Origin: an uncultured Acidobacteriaceae bacterium
GTDB lineage: Bacteria; Acidobacteriota; Terriglobia; Terriglobales; Acidobacteriaceae
Assembly (NCBI GenBank): GCA_963834805.1
Contig: CAWIDB010000007.1
Coordinates: 89,536-153,535 of the forward strand
Direction: 5' to 3'
Length of the DNA: 64,000 nt
Shown in pieces: positions 6,085-17,419 of this stretch (position 1 is the stretch's first letter; the number at the start of each line of letters is the position of its first letter). A model generated the notes under the pieces. That model worked only from the letters and a program-made list of their open reading frames with translations. It searched no databases and was not told where the DNA came from. The position numbers and the translations under genes are program-made.

Positions 6085-9039
6085 ATGTCTTCCGACCCCA
6101 CAACCGCCGCCAAGCCCCCCATCTATCTCCTCGATTCGATGGCCTTCATCTTCCGCGCCTATCACGCCATGCAGCGCCAGCGGCCCATGACCACGCGCAC
6201 CGGCATCCCCACCGCGGCCACCTACGTCTTCGTCAACATGATCAACAAGCTGCGCAAGGACTTCTCCCCGCAGCTCCTTGCCGCCGTATACGATCTCTCC
6301 GGCCCGGTCTTCCGCGACGAGCGCGCCCGCGAAATGAAGCCGCTGCGCCGGTGGAACGCGAAGACGCAGACCTTCGATGAAGTGGACTACGCCGGCTACA
6401 AGGCCAACCGCGCCGAGACGCCGCCCGACCTCATCCAGCAGCTGCCCTACATCCGCCGCGCGCTGGAAGCCTTCCGCATCCCCATCCTCAGCTACGAGGG
6501 CTTCGAGGCCGACGACGTCATTGGCACGCTCGCCGCGCGTCTCTCCGCGCTCGGCCACCGCGTCTTCGTCGTCTCCTCCGACAAGGACATGATGCAGCTC
6601 GTCACGCCCGAGGTCAGCATCCTCAACCCCACCAAGGACAACCTCATTCTCGATCCCGCCGGCGTCGAGTCCGTCCTCGGCGTCCCGCCCGAGCGTGTCG
6701 TCGATGTGATGGCCCTGCGCGGCGACGCCGTCGACAATGTTCCCGGCGCGCCCGGCATCGGCGACAAAGGCTCCGTCGAATTGATCCAGCAGTTCGGCAG
6801 CGTCGAGGCCGCACTGAACGCCGCCGTCGCCACGCCCGACGCCATCAAACGTAAAGCGTATCGCGAATCGTTACAAAATAATCGCGACAACATTCTGCTG
6901 TCGAAGGAACTGGTCACCATCCATACTGAAGTGCCGATCGAGTTCTCCCTGGATGCAATGCGCACCCAGCCGCCCGACAATGCAGCCTGCCGCGAACTCT
7001 TCTCCGAGCTGGAGTTCACTACCATGCTCAAGGACCTCGCCCCCGCCGCCACCAACACTGCCATCGAATACAACCTCAAACCCACCCCCGACGAACTCGC
7101 CGCGCTCCTCGCCGCCGCGCGAGAACTACAGAAGCGGGGCAGGGAACAGGGAACAGGGAACAAGGAACATGAGACCGCAGCGTTCGGCTTGGCGATTGCG
7201 ATCATGGAAGACGCGCGCGCGATTTCAGAAGAGATTTCCTCCGAATCCGATTCCGACGCCGAACCCGAGCCGCTCCCCCCCGAGACGATGTTCATGTTCG
7301 CCGCGCCCGCCCAAAACATCCGGGTGCCCCATCCATCGCAGCTTGATCGCGATGGGTGGGATGCAAGCTCTCCCGCACTCGCCGACTCCGCCATCCGCCT
7401 TGGCCTCTCCGTCGACGGCGCCTCCGCCATCGAAGTCTCCCTCGACGCCCCCGGCCTCCGCGCCGCCCTCGAAGACGCAACCATCCCCAAGCTGGTCCAC
7501 GATCTCAAGTCCGTCCTGCGCGCGCTCGCCCCGCACAACATCACCCTGCGCGGAGACATCACCGACGTCATGTTGCAGAGTTACCTCATCAATCCCACCC
7601 ACGGCTCGCACACGCTCGTCGACATCGCCGCTCGCTCCACCAATCGCGCGCTCATCCATCAGCCGACAAAATCGAATCCCGCCGATCCCAATCGTCTCCC
7701 CGAGGCCGCCGCAGCCATTGTTCGCCTCGCCCGCGTCTTCGCACAGCAGATGGCCGAAAGCGATGCTTCCGCCGCGTCCTCGGACTCAACCCTCGGCCCC
7801 GTCCAATCCGAGCCACTCCTTCATCTCTACCGCACCATGGACCTCCCGCTCGTCCCCGTCCTGCTGCGCATGGAGCAGGCCGGCGTCCGCATCGACACCG
7901 CCGTCCTCTCCGCCATGTCCACGCGCCTCGCCGTCGAGATGGACACCCTCGCCGAGCGCATCTTCGCCTCCTCCGGCCATCGCTTCAACCTCAACTCGCC
8001 CAAGCAGCTTGGCGACGTCCTCTTCAACCGCATGGCCCTCCCCAAGCCCACCAAGCACGGCAAGGGAAAGGTCATCTCCACCGCGCAGGACGTGTTGGAG
8101 GAGCTCGCCGAGCATCACCCCGTCCCCGCGCTCGTCCTGGAGCATCGCCAGCTCGCCAAGCTCCGATCGACATATCTGGATTCACTGCCCGCGCTCGTCG
8201 ACTCCGAGGGCCGCGTCCACACCACCTTCAACCAGGTCGGCACGGCCACCGGCCGCCTCTCGTCCACCAACCCCAACCTGCAGAACATCCCCGTCCGCAC
8301 CGCGCTTGGCCGCGAGATTCGCGCGGCGTTCATCCCCGCCCCCGGCAACCTGCTCCTCTCCGCCGACTACTCGCAGATCGAGCTACGCCTCATGGCCCAC
8401 TTCTCGCAGGACCCGCTGCTGCTCAACGCCTACCGCACCGGGCAGGACATCCACACCCTCACCGCGTCCGAGGTCTTCGGCATCCCCGTCGCCCAGCTCG
8501 ACAAGGAGACGCGCGCCCGCGCCAAGGCCGTCAACTTCGGCATCGTCTACGGCATCTCGCCCTTCGGCCTGGCCGCGCAGCTCGGCATCGAGCAACGCGA
8601 AGCGAAGCGATATATCGAAACCTACTTTGAACGCTACGCCGGAGTCCGCGCGTTCATAGACCGCACGCTCGAAGCCGTCTGCCGCGACCAGCTCGTCCGC
8701 ACCTGGTTCGGCCGCGTCCGCCCCATCCCAGACATCTCTTCGCGCAACCCCAATCAGCGAGGCTTCGCCGAGCGCACCGCCATCAACACGCCCCTGCAGG
8801 GCACCGCCGCCGACCTCATCAAGCTGGCCATGATCCGCATCGACGCCGAGATCGCCGCGCGCAAGCTCCGCTCCCGCATGACCCTCCAGATCCACGACGA
8901 ACTCCTCTTCGACGTCCTCCCCGCCGAGGCCGAAGAACTGCAATCCCTCGTCAAGCAAGAGATGGAACACGTCGCCACCTTCACCGTCCCCATCCTCGCC
9001 GAAGTAGCCCTCGGCCCCAACTGGCGCGACATCAAGTAG
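6085..9039 (+). CDS. polA: DNA polymerase I (with in-frame repeat-derived insertions in the exo-like domain)
   Basis: 984 aa. It has a 5'-nuclease N-terminus (IYLLDSMAFIFRAYHA..., LFSELEFTTMLKDL), a vestigial 3'-5' exo-like region, and a family A polymerase domain (ADYSQIELRLMAH, QIHDELLFD). Confidence 0.95.
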   Translation: MSSDPTTAAKPPIYLLDSMAFIFRAYHAMQRQRPMTTRTGIPTAATYVFVNMINKLRKDFSPQLLAAVYDLSGPVFRDERAREMKPLRRWNAKTQTFDEVDYAGYKANRAETPPDLIQQLPYIRRALEAFRIPILSYEGFEADDVIGTLAARLSALGHRVFVVSSDKDMMQLVTPEVSILNPTKDNLILDPAGVESVLGVPPERVVDVMALRGDAVDNVPGAPGIGDKGSVELIQQFGSVEAALNAAVATPDAIKRKAYRESLQNNRDNILLSKELVTIHTEVPIEFSLDAMRTQPPDNAACRELFSELEFTTMLKDLAPAATNTAIEYNLKPTPDELAALLAAARELQKRGREQGTGNKEHETAAFGLAIAIMEDARAISEEISSESDSDAEPEPLPPETMFMFAAPAQNIRVPHPSQLDRDGWDASSPALADSAIRLGLSVDGASAIEVSLDAPGLRAALEDATIPKLVHDLKSVLRALAPHNITLRGDITDVMLQSYLINPTHGSHTLVDIAARSTNRALIHQPTKSNPADPNRLPEAAAAIVRLARVFAQQMAESDASAASSDSTLGPVQSEPLLHLYRTMDLPLVPVLLRMEQAGVRIDTAVLSAMSTRLAVEMDTLAERIFASSGHRFNLNSPKQLGDVLFNRMALPKPTKHGKGKVISTAQDVLEELAEHHPVPALVLEHRQLAKLRSTYLDSLPALVDSEGRVHTTFNQVGTATGRLSSTNPNLQNIPVRTALGREIRAAFIPAPGNLLLSADYSQIELRLMAHFSQDPLLLNAYRTGQDIHTLTASEVFGIPVAQLDKETRARAKAVNFGIVYGISPFGLAAQLGIEQREAKRYIETYFERYAGVRAFIDRTLEAVCRDQLVRTWFGRVRPIPDISSRNPNQRGFAERTAINTPLQGTAADLIKLAMIRIDAEIAARKLRSRMTLQIHDELLFDVLPAEAEELQSLVKQEMEHVATFTVPILAEVALGPNWRDIK
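7137..7173 (+). repeat. heptad microsatellite (GGGAACA-like x4) inside polA
   Basis: ggggcagggaacagggaacagggaacaaggaacatgag is translated in frame as RGREQGTGNKEHE. Confidence 0.7.
7322..7364 (+). repeat. Rep-A palindromic element copy inside the polA reading frame
   Basis: gggtgccccatccatcgcagcttgatcgcgatgggtgggatgc forms a hairpin (cccatccatcgc / gcgatgggtggg). It is translated as RVPHPSQLDRDGWDA. Confidence 0.7.
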
Positions 9040-9071
9040 CGGCGGAATGAATTCGACGGAAGCGGCCGCGG

Positions 9072-9446
9072 CTAGGGCAGATGAACACCATATTTCATTA
9101 GTTCTTGTTTGACGACAGTCTTTCCGATTTCGATCAGCACTTGAAGCGAGAAGACACCGGCCTTGTTCGCAATCTCTTTGGTCTTTCTCCAGACCTCTGC
9201 GTCGCGGATAGTTTCGATGTACTCATGCCCGTCGAATGTGAGACGTTGTGGCAACCAATCGAAACCGTCGCAACTGCTGGCGTTGAGGGCTTCGATAAGA
9301 CCACCCTCTGCCAAGATGCTCACTGTATACACAACCTGAGGATAACTGTATCCGGGAATATTCAAGCGTTTCACCGACCTTGGGTCGCTGTCGTCGGCTT
9401 CCAACGCTAAGAGTATTTCCCTGACCAAATCCTTATCGAGTTTCAC
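9072..9446 (-). CDS. DUF2513-like winged-helix protein
   Basis: 124 aa. N-terminal MKLDKDLVREILLALEADD... and the paired GGLIEA / DGHEYIE pattern are typical of DUF2513, as I recall the family. Lies in an AT-richer islet. Confidence 0.6.
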   Translation of the reverse strand: MKLDKDLVREILLALEADDSDPRSVKRLNIPGYSYPQVVYTVSILAEGGLIEALNASSCDGFDWLPQRLTFDGHEYIETIRDAEVWRKTKEIANKAGVFSLQVLIEIGKTVVKQELMKYGVHLP

Positions 9447-9505
9447 GTCTCCATCTCGCTTTCCTCAGAATATCGTATTGTCTTCCGTGTGTGACCTAAA
9501 GCTCC

Positions 9506-10414
9506 CTATGGCTCATCCTGAAGTTCGTTCCTTGTGCATGCTTTGCCCTGGGTGCAAGAGATCGTACAGGTCATCGTGTGATGTAACACGGCACCGTATG
9601 TGTTTCTGCCCATGATGCTCCATGTAATGAATATCCAATTCCGGCTTATCACTCTTCCGAACCCATAGTCGTAGTCATCGGCAAATTGTAACGAGGATGG
9701 GTCTTTTGCTGTGGCAACGATCCAGTCATGACACATTGTTGCAGCTTCAGGCACCTTACTCTTAAGAAAATCCGTCCGGCTAAGTTTACCGGATGGAGTG
9801 GCTGGTGTGGACGGAGCTACTATCGGTGCGGTTGAGGTGGGAGCAGTTTGCGGAGTAGGAACGGAAGCGGATTTCTCGTCCCCTAGCTGTGGGGAGACAA
9901 AGGTACCGGCATCGTACATCGACACCAGGGATTGGAAAAAGAGAAGGTCTGATGATTGGAAGGTGCCGGTTAGAGGAGCTGTCCCAAACACTGTAATTGA
10001 GACAGTTTTCGCTGTAGCAATGCTGCGGACTAAATCTTCCCGTTCGATGATGGAAGCCTGCCCACCTCCCTCATCTGTTCCCCAGTCTGTCGGCTGGATC
10101 ATTGTAGGTTTCCCATCAATAATGAAAACTACCGACGCCGGAGGAGTCGTCAAATCCGTAACCCTTAGAGCCAGGCCCAGAGCTTTCACCTTCATGTCCC
10201 AGGTTTGTATGATGATCGGGGTTATGGCCCAATAAAAAGTGCTCTTGGAACGCAGGGCCGCAACTGCACCCTTGGCAGGATCCATCGGGAGATACGTTGT
10301 GGCTTTCAGCGCCTCTACACGTTGTTCCATAAGGGGTATGGTTGCCTGGGCGAGGATACAAGCGGGTGATGTAATCAATAATCCAATGAGTAGGGAAGCA
10401 GAGATGCGCTTCAT
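9506..10414 (-). CDS. secreted protein, unknown function (ORFan-like)
   Basis: 302 aa. Signal peptide MKRISASLLIGLLITSPACILAQA, a central Pro/Thr/Ser linker (PTPQTAPTSTAPIVAPSTPATPS) and a Cys-rich C-terminal domain. AT-richer than the flanks. Confidence 0.6.
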   Translation of the reverse strand: MKRISASLLIGLLITSPACILAQATIPLMEQRVEALKATTYLPMDPAKGAVAALRSKSTFYWAITPIIIQTWDMKVKALGLALRVTDLTTPPASVVFIIDGKPTMIQPTDWGTDEGGGQASIIEREDLVRSIATAKTVSITVFGTAPLTGTFQSSDLLFFQSLVSMYDAGTFVSPQLGDEKSASVPTPQTAPTSTAPIVAPSTPATPSGKLSRTDFLKSKVPEAATMCHDWIVATAKDPSSLQFADDYDYGFGRVISRNWIFITWSIMGRNTYGAVLHHTMTCTISCTQGKACTRNELQDEP

Positions 10415-10493
10415 CTGTATTCCTCTTTAAGATGGTTCTGAGGGGGTTCGTTATTCACAGCGAGTCAAGTATACAACTCGCTAAGATTTAGCC

Positions 10494-10546
10494 GGGTGCC
10501 CCATTCATCGCGTCTTTGTCTCATGCGATGAGTGGGTAGGCACCCC
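10494..10546. repeat. Rep-A palindromic element copy
   Basis: gggtgccccattcatcgcgtctttgtctcatgcgatgagtgggtaggcacccc; stem ccattcatcgc / gcgatgagtgg. Confidence 0.65.
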
Positions 10547-10576
10547 GCGCGAACCGCTCTCCCTCCCCCAGCCCGT

Positions 10577-10687
10577 GAGCATTTCTCCTGTAGGTCTACA
10601 CCGAAGCCGAACTGCTCGCGCCGTTTTTCCTCAAGAAAAACGGCTATTGTGGAACTCTTCCGGGGAATAGTAACAGGAGAAATGCTC
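10577..10687. repeat. nested inverted repeat (15-bp perfect arms enclosing a 9-bp A/T-run hairpin)
   Basis: gagcatttctcctgt (10577-10591) is the exact reverse complement of acaggagaaatgctc (10673-10687). The inner hairpin gccgtttttcctcaagaaaaacggc lies at 10619-10643. The element abuts the stop codon of the tumA-like gene. Confidence 0.6.
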
Positions 10688-11055
10688 TAAAATCTCGCCC
10701 GCAGCTCGAAGCTCTGCGCCACCGGCTCCACGATCTTCACCCGCCCATGCCCCGGATTGATCGCCTGCCGCGTGCGCAGCACTCCTGCCTGTTCCAGCTT
10801 CTGCACATCGCGCCGCACCGACTTCGGGTCGCGCTTCAGCTTCTTCGCCAACGCTGTCACCGAGTAGGGCTTCGTCCGCGCCACCTCCACCATGCGTACA
10901 CGCGCCGCCGTCAGGACCTGGAACATCTGCATGGGCGACTCGAACGTGATGCCGAAGGAGGGCTTGATGCGCTCTCCCCGGTCCATCTTTCTTGCCCGCT
11001 CAAGCGAACGCTCACTGAAGCCTTCAAATCCGTCGGTATGAATGGTAAAGTTCAT
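10687..11055 (-). CDS. HTH DNA-binding antitoxin-like protein (TumA-like)
   Basis: 122 aa. C-terminal winged-helix segment YSVTALAKKLKRDPKSVRRDVQKLEQAGVL. Its start overlaps the stop of the upstream gene by 4 nt. Confidence 0.65.
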   Translation of the reverse strand: MNFTIHTDGFEGFSERSLERARKMDRGERIKPSFGITFESPMQMFQVLTAARVRMVEVARTKPYSVTALAKKLKRDPKSVRRDVQKLEQAGVLRTRQAINPGHGRVKIVEPVAQSFELRARF

Positions 11056-11441
11056 GGTTCTCTCTTCCTCAATTCCTTGACCTCTGCGTAGAACAACTTT
11101 GTCACGGCTTCGAAACCTGCCGCCGTCACCGGTTCAACCGTCCCAAAGAAGTGCCGGTGGTGCGTTCCATGCGCGTTGTCGTAGCCGAGTACGCGTCCAT
11201 TGTCTTTGGGGTACAGAATGTGGTTGATGAAAGCAAGGTTGTAGCGAACAGCTTTGCCTGCCTCGTTCTCCCAAACCTCTTCGCGAACAATCCCAGGCCC
11301 GCTCGCGCAGGAGACTAACGCCACTTCATCTTTCGTCTTCCGCAACCGTATCTTCGGCGACACAATACAAGCATAACACAGATAGGTAATCCAACGCCCT
11401 ATCTGCTTTTTATCCCCGGCAGTGATCCCCATGTCTGACAT
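11052..11441 (-). CDS. TumE/DUF6516-like toxin-family protein
   Basis: Motif RVLGYDNAHGTHHRHFFG (YDNAH..HHRH), which I recognise as DUF6516/TumE-type. The ORF is open to 11471, but that would leave only 5 nt before divergent purU, so the ATG at 11441 (or 11432) is preferred. Confidence 0.55.
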   Translation of the reverse strand: MSDMGITAGDKKQIGRWITYLCYACIVSPKIRLRKTKDEVALVSCASGPGIVREEVWENEAGKAVRYNLAFINHILYPKDNGRVLGYDNAHGTHHRHFFGTVEPVTAAGFEAVTKLFYAEVKELRKREP

Positions 11442-11476
11442 CCGCCGCGAAAGCGGGTAATCTGGTTCCAACCGCC

Positions 11477-12340
11477 ATGCCCAATCCCAAGATCGCCATC
11501 CTGCTCATCGACTGTCCCGACCGCAAGGGAATCGTCGCCGCCATCGTGAATTTTCTGGTTGCTCGCTACGACATCAACATCCTCAACGCCGACCAGCATC
11601 AGGACGTCGAGCTCGGCCTCTTTTTCATCCGCGTCGAGTTCGCCACCGATGCTGCCGGCTTCAGCGAAGCCGCATTCCGCGCTGCGTTTGAGCCCATCGC
11701 GCGCGAGTTCCAGATGAACTGGCGCATCGAGTTCGCCGACGCTACGCGGAACGTCGCCCTCTTCGTCTCGCAGTATCTGCACTGCCTGGCCGACCTGCTG
11801 CTGCGTCACCAGGCCGGCGAGTTCCGTTGCAACCTCGCGCTCATCGTCAGCAACCACGAGGCGGCTCGCCCGCTGGCCGACTTCCACAAGGTCCCCTTCC
11901 ACTACATGCCCGTCGCGCGCGACAACAAGGCGCAGGTGGAGGCCGCGCAGCTTGCCCTGCTGGCCAAGCACAAGATCGACCTCGTAGTTCTGGCGCGCTA
12001 CATGCAGATACTCTCGCCAAAGTTCGTCGCCGCGTATCCGCGCCGCATCATCAACGTCCACCACTCGTTTCTGCCCGCGTTCACAGGAGCAAAGCCGTAT
12101 CACGCGGCCTTCGAGCGCGGCGTTAAGCTCATCGGCGCCACCAGCCACTACGTCACCGAGACGCTGGACGAAGGCCCCATCATCGAGCAGGACGTCACAC
12201 GCATCTCGCAGAACGACCAGCTCCCCTCGCTCATCCAGAAGGGACGCGACCTGGAGCGCCTTGTGCTCTCGCGCGCCGTGCAGTGGCACCTGGACCACCG
12301 CATCCTCTCCTACGCCAACAAGACCGTCATCTTCGCCTGA
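11477..12340 (+). CDS. purU: formyltetrahydrofolate deformylase
   Basis: 287 aa. N-terminal ACT domain (ILLIDCPDRKGIVAAIVNFL) plus a formyl-transferase domain (IINVHHSFLPAFTGAKPYHAAFERGVKLIGATSHYVT). Confidence 0.9.
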   Translation: MPNPKIAILLIDCPDRKGIVAAIVNFLVARYDINILNADQHQDVELGLFFIRVEFATDAAGFSEAAFRAAFEPIAREFQMNWRIEFADATRNVALFVSQYLHCLADLLLRHQAGEFRCNLALIVSNHEAARPLADFHKVPFHYMPVARDNKAQVEAAQLALLAKHKIDLVVLARYMQILSPKFVAAYPRRIINVHHSFLPAFTGAKPYHAAFERGVKLIGATSHYVTETLDEGPIIEQDVTRISQNDQLPSLIQKGRDLERLVLSRAVQWHLDHRILSYANKTVIFA

Positions 12341-12361
12341 GTCCTCGAGCCCGGAGTCCGC

Positions 12362-13279
<918 letters not shown>

Positions 13280-13309
13280 TCCGCTGGATTTCAATGTGCA
13301 ACGGACCGG

Positions 13310-14719
13310 CTATTCCGTCGACTCCTCCGCATCTGCGGCAAGCGCGAGCGAAGGCTGCCAGTCTTCCGCTTCCATCGGTTTCAGGGTCATGCCGATTGCT
13401 TTAATTCCGCCTTTCTTGCTGTCTTCCATATCCTTGTCCCCAATTCCAAGCTCCCTGAGTTTGCGTGCGATGGAAAAGACACCGCCGCGCCCATCGATCT
13501 TGGTGACAATATCGTCATAGCATCCGCCCGCGGCTTTGAGTCTGTTCCCCAGGTCAATAAAGTCCTCGTAGATACCGGCAAGTTTTCCATAGACGGCGAG
13601 CGCCGCATCGCGAATTTTATCGGCATTCTGTGCAATCTCAGACTGCTGCCAACCAAAGGCCACAGCCTTCAGCAGGGCAATCAACGTAGTTGGCGTTGCC
13701 AGCAACACTCCCGAACTTGCGCTGTACTCGATCAGCGACGGGTCCTGCTCCAGAGCGGCGCTGAAGAGCACCTCACTGGGTAGAAAACAGACCACGAAGT
13801 CTGGTGAGTCCACAAACTGTCGCCAGTATCCTTTGCTCGATAAATCCTTCAAGTGCTCGCGAACACGTGAGGCGTGGGCCGCCAGCTTGGCTGTGCGAGC
13901 CATCTCATCCTCTGTGCTACTTGCGTCCAGAAACGCGTCCAGCGGAGTCTTCGCATCCACGATAATCGTTCGTCCGTTCGGCATCTTGACCACAAGATCG
14001 GGACGATAGCTCACATCCTCCCCACGCACAAAGCGTTCCACATCGAAAGATGCGTACTGCACCATCCCCGCGAATTCCACGCACTTCTTCAGTTGCAGCT
14101 CGCCCCAGTTACCTCTGGCCTTGGGTGCGCGCAATGCCTGCACCAACTGCGTCGTCTCCTTGCGCAGGTCGGTCTGCGACCGCTGTATGTTCTGCACCTC
14201 CGCCAGAACCGCTTGATATGCACCTTCTCGCTTTACCTCGAGATTCTGAGTGTGTGTCGATAGGGCAGCCAATGAAGCCTGCATCGGTTCCAGCAGCTTT
14301 TTGATCGCTGTCTCCTTCTCCTCCAGCTTGTTGACCGCCTCGTTCTGTTGGCCCTGCAACTGCTGTTTCGACAACTGCATCAATCTCTCGCTATTTGCAT
14401 CCAGCGCTCTAGCAGCCAGGGTCGGAAAGCTATCCCTCAATCGCTCCTCGACATCCATTAACGCCTGTATCTTTTCGCCTGTTGCCTCAAGCTTTGCTCG
14501 CGCTCCGGCTAGCTCTTCGCCCGCGGCCTTGCTGGCCTCGCGCTCCGCATTCAACTCCTCTTGCGTGCTCGCCAAGACATGCTCTTTTTCTTCGGTCAAC
14601 TTGCGAAGACCTGCCAGCTCGGCATTGGCACCCTGAGCACGCCCATTCGCGATCAGCCACGCAACTATCGCCCCTGCCACAAGTCCAACCGCGAAGCACA
14701 CCACTAACATGATCTGCAT
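13310..14719 (-). CDS. rmuC: DNA recombination protein RmuC
   Basis: 469 aa. N-terminal TM helix, long coiled coil, and a C-terminal RmuC nuclease-like region (PDLVVKMPNGRTIIVDAKTPLDAF..., FVVCFLPSE). Confidence 0.85.
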   Translation of the reverse strand: MQIMLVVCFAVGLVAGAIVAWLIANGRAQGANAELAGLRKLTEEKEHVLASTQEELNAEREASKAAGEELAGARAKLEATGEKIQALMDVEERLRDSFPTLAARALDANSERLMQLSKQQLQGQQNEAVNKLEEKETAIKKLLEPMQASLAALSTHTQNLEVKREGAYQAVLAEVQNIQRSQTDLRKETTQLVQALRAPKARGNWGELQLKKCVEFAGMVQYASFDVERFVRGEDVSYRPDLVVKMPNGRTIIVDAKTPLDAFLDASSTEDEMARTAKLAAHASRVREHLKDLSSKGYWRQFVDSPDFVVCFLPSEVLFSAALEQDPSLIEYSASSGVLLATPTTLIALLKAVAFGWQQSEIAQNADKIRDAALAVYGKLAGIYEDFIDLGNRLKAAGGCYDDIVTKIDGRGGVFSIARKLRELGIGDKDMEDSKKGGIKAIGMTLKPMEAEDWQPSLALAADAEESTE

Positions 14720-14998
14720 TCCACCAATCTACGCCAGTTGTTCGCTAAATCCCAAGTCAATGTCGTATCCTCCTCCAATGCGTCTGTTCAGAGCGCCTCT
14801 CGGAGACCCGGCAGTTCACTCAATTCCCCCCACTTTGCTTTACACTCGGCTAGGCGCTCGGTATCCTTGAGACTTGCGCAACTATTCCGGCGCATCCATG
14901 CAACACACTGCCCGGCCCTCGTCCGGATTGGAACCGCCCACATCGGATTTTGCAACGTCGCACCGCTTTAAGAAACGAAAGACACACAGGAGAACGAA

Positions 14999-15244
14999 AT
15001 GGCAGCAGCAGAAGAAAAGGTAAAACAAATCATCGTCGAGCAGCTTCAGGTGGATGAGGCCGAAGTTACCCCAGGCGCCAGCTTCCAGGAGGATCTCGGC
15101 GCCGACTCGCTCGACGTCGTCGAACTCGTCATGCAGTTTGAAGAGGCCTTCGACATTCAGATCCCCGACGAGGACGCCGAGAAGATCAAGACCGTCAAGG
15201 ACGCAGTCGATTACATTGAGAAGAACCAAAAGGCGGCCAAGTAA
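14999..15244 (+). CDS. acpP: acyl carrier protein
   Basis: 81 aa with the [14 protein letters not shown] phosphopantetheine-attachment motif. Confidence 0.95.
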   Translation: MAAAEEKVKQIIVEQLQVDEAEVTPGASFQEDLGADSLDVVELVMQFEEAFDIQIPDEDAEKIKTVKDAVDYIEKNQKAAK

Positions 15245-15246
15245 GA

Positions 15247-16527
<1,281 letters not shown>

Positions 16528-16581
16528 GGCTGACCGCAGACAAGGCCCGACCCTTGTGGCGCTGTCGTTCGCGGGACGTGC

Positions 16582-17328
16582 CTAGCTGAACGCAGCCGTC
16601 GCGGCCACGCCAACCAGCACAATTAGCAGCCACCAGCCAACCACCACCGCGGCCGCCTGGCTCTTCTTCACTTTGGCCACAATCGCTCCGCCGATCACAA
16701 GCAGCACCAACGCCCAGATTGCGGCCAAGTCGAGCGAATTCAGCAGTGTCCGCAGCCATGGCGACGCATCGGGAAAGTAATAGCCGAGGCTGGTGCCTGC
16801 CGGCACTTTGAGGTCGAAGCTCTCCGCGTTCCCCCCGAAGCAGAGCCTAACCACCGTCACCAGGTCCACCAGCAGGTGGGGCAGGGAACAGTACATCCAC
16901 AGGCAGAAGATCTGCCCATAGGTCGTTCTCGCTCCCAGTCCGAAGTTGAACGACGCCCAAAACAGCAGCGCCGCCAGGGCCGAGATCGCCAGAACCAGCA
17001 GCGGCGACGCGTACGCTGCAATCTGATAGCCAAGTACCATCCCATGAATCTGCGTTGCCTGCTGCGCGGGCGTCAAAAGGGCCATCTGGCTCTGCTGGCT
17101 TGGGTTCATCTGGATCTGCGTCTGCACCACCTGCTGCCAGCCCACATGGCGTTGGATCGTAAACGCCACTCCCAGTGCCGACAGCGACAGCAGCACAAAC
17201 GGAAGCCACCACGATGTGCTGCGCAGGATGTCCTGGAACGCCGCCGATGGCGCGACAAATGTGTTGATCACCCGCTCCACCTGGCTCAGGCCGCGCTGCT
17301 CAGTGCCACCAACCCCAATCTCGTCCAT
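16582..17328 (-). CDS. Yip1-family integral membrane protein
   Basis: Five predicted TM helices. N-terminal VERVINTFVAPSAAFQDI is typical of YIP1 domain proteins. The internal ATG at 17328 is preferred over the ORF start at 17385. Confidence 0.6.
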   Translation of the reverse strand: MDEIGVGGTEQRGLSQVERVINTFVAPSAAFQDILRSTSWWLPFVLLSLSALGVAFTIQRHVGWQQVVQTQIQMNPSQQSQMALLTPAQQATQIHGMVLGYQIAAYASPLLVLAISALAALLFWASFNFGLGARTTYGQIFCLWMYCSLPHLLVDLVTVVRLCFGGNAESFDLKVPAGTSLGYYFPDASPWLRTLLNSLDLAAIWALVLLVIGGAIVAKVKKSQAAAVVVGWWLLIVLVGVAATAAFS

Positions 17329-17419
17329 TGCGTCTCTCCCTCCCGATCTGGCGCAATCGGATTGTAGTCCCCAGGCAGGCCGCAAGCGAGGGGGAATTAT
17401 GCTTCACCGGCAGAAACAG

